Source of the DNA: a virus
Direction: 5' to 3' (one strand)
DNA length: 64,000 nt
IMG/VR virus record: IMGVR_UViG_3300045988_123629
Shown here: positions 62,880-64,000 of the stretch, one piece after another
How the letters are laid out: every line of letters starts with the position of its first letter
Position numbering within the stretch: position 1 is the first letter of the stretch
The notes under the pieces: generated by a model
The model's database searches: none
The model's input: the letters and a program-made list of their open reading frames with translations, nothing else
What the model was told of the DNA's origin: nothing
Made by a program: the position numbers and the translations under genes

Positions 62880-63436
62880 TTTGATTTACCTCTTTCTTTT
62901 TGATGATACAAGTATAGCACATGACTACTGGATTGTCAATAGTCATTTTGCACAAATGTGATGGCGTAGTTTCGGGTATTTTGACTATTGTGCATTATGA
63001 CGAAGTTTCGGCGAGAAATTTGTGCAAACTGCTGATTTTTATAAAATTCGGCTCGCCACTACCGCCAGCGAGCCGAGCAACGTTTACCGGGGTGTTTGTG
63101 CGGGATGGCATCGTGCGTTCCGCAAAAGAGCGAGAGTAAGGCTGGTATACTCTCAGAGAATAAACGAGTTAGAACCTTATGGATGGGGGTGTATTTCGGG
63201 AAAAAATTTTTTTTGATTTGTGTTTTTTCTTTTGCGTGGACAAAACACAGTCTAAATCAATTTTCAATTTCAAAATACGATTTAAAACAACAAATCAATT
63301 TTCAATTTCAAATTACGAAGAATAATTTTCGATTTTAAATCACGACTTCTTTTTTCTACCTCTTTTAGGTTTTTCACCCCACATAAGAGTGTATAATCCA
63401 GAAGTAGCAGAATAAGTAGCTTTCTGCTGATACTTT

Positions 63437-63841
63437 TTAGCAACTGCCTTCAAGGGACTGAGTGGTTTCCGCATTTAATTTTTCCTCCATACATTTGATT
63501 AATTTATCTTTATATTTACAACTATTAATATACCTATTAATAGTATTTATATCATATTTTTCCATTAAATGTTCCAATACATATTTGTATTTATTCAACT
63601 GATATTCTTCTTGTTCTTCTTTGGTGCTTAATTGAGCCTTTTCCGCGTCTGATAAAGGTCTGTAAGTAATCGTTCTTGACCCATTATCCTTTTGCTCAAT
63701 ACGTATTGTTTTAAATAATTTCCAATCTCTTACAAAAGGGTCTTTATCTCTTGTAGTGTTAAAATATTCTTGTTCTAATCTAAATATTACTGCGTCTATC
63801 CCTCTTACTTCAAAAGGCTGGTTCCGCCTCATCTTCAATAT
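63437..63841 (-). CDS. Hypothetical protein (about 134 aa).
   Basis: ORF from the track. The start MRRNQPFEV... is preferred. It lies at the AT-rich right edge of the GC-richer block. Confidence 0.3.
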   Translation of the reverse strand: MLKMRRNQPFEVRGIDAVIFRLEQEYFNTTRDKDPFVRDWKLFKTIRIEQKDNGSRTITYRPLSDAEKAQLSTKEEQEEYQLNKYKYVLEHLMEKYDINTINRYINSCKYKDKLIKCMEEKLNAETTQSLEGSC

Positions 63842-64000
63842 CCTCCCATTCAAATGTTCCATCATCTAATTCATATACAAATGCTTGTTTATAGAATGAT
63901 GAAACAATTCTATCATTTGTAATTCCTTTTGGACTATTTTTTGCATCATGAAAACAATTATAAACAATTAATCCTTGCGTTTCATATCGCGAAAAATCTA

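Overview
The window looks like a contiguous piece of a tailed-phage genome. It is very AT-rich, and the promoter type, an AbrB-like regulator and SPOR domains suggest a Firmicutes host. Essentially all genes are on the minus strand, so transcription runs from high to low coordinates. Four regions stand out.

(1) Early/middle region, 24.85-63.9 kb. It holds many small, mostly hypothetical genes, each with its own near-consensus sigma-A-type promoter (TTGACA-N17-TATAAT). Recognisable products are a metallophosphoesterase, a DnaQ-like DEDDh exonuclease, a HAD nucleotidase, an AbrB-like regulator, an M42-like peptidase fused to zinc ribbons, a lipoprotein and several membrane proteins.

(2) Plus-strand island, about 43.2-45.3 kb. 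It carries iteron arrays, a perfect 18-bp-stem palindrome and tandem 41-bp repeats around a small winged-helix gene. I read it as a candidate origin of replication or regulatory hub.

(3) Late region, 1-24.8 kb. It holds tail-fibre-like and other structural genes, a lysin-like gene (NAGPA-like domain plus two SPOR repeats), HNH and GIY-YIG homing endonucleases, an AAA+ ATPase and a CYTH protein. Embedded in it is a 12-kb array of about 22 tRNA genes (9.3-21.4 kb).

(4) Block 45.3-63.4 kb. It is conspicuously GC-richer than the rest. It consists of near-identical promoter/RBS/ORF/terminator-hairpin cassettes. Each terminator hairpin embeds the -35 box of the next promoter. Recurring about every 2 kb is a roughly 250-bp intergenic module with face-to-face promoters flanking a pure-GC hairpin.

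The most striking signal is amber (TAG) reassignment. Late, structural, lysin and homing-endonuclease reading frames run straight through many in-frame TAG codons, while real stops are TAA (occasionally TGA). The tRNA array encodes a tRNA with anticodon CUA that has an unusual long variable arm. Early genes contain essentially no in-frame TAG.

Other irregularities in the array: two tRNA genes (Gln-UUG and Pro-UGG) carry insertions of about 100-130 nt in the anticodon loop, there are permuted or fragmentary tRNA halves, and several anticodon loops are unusual.

All coordinates of small genes and tRNAs are hand-derived and approximate to a few nucleotides.
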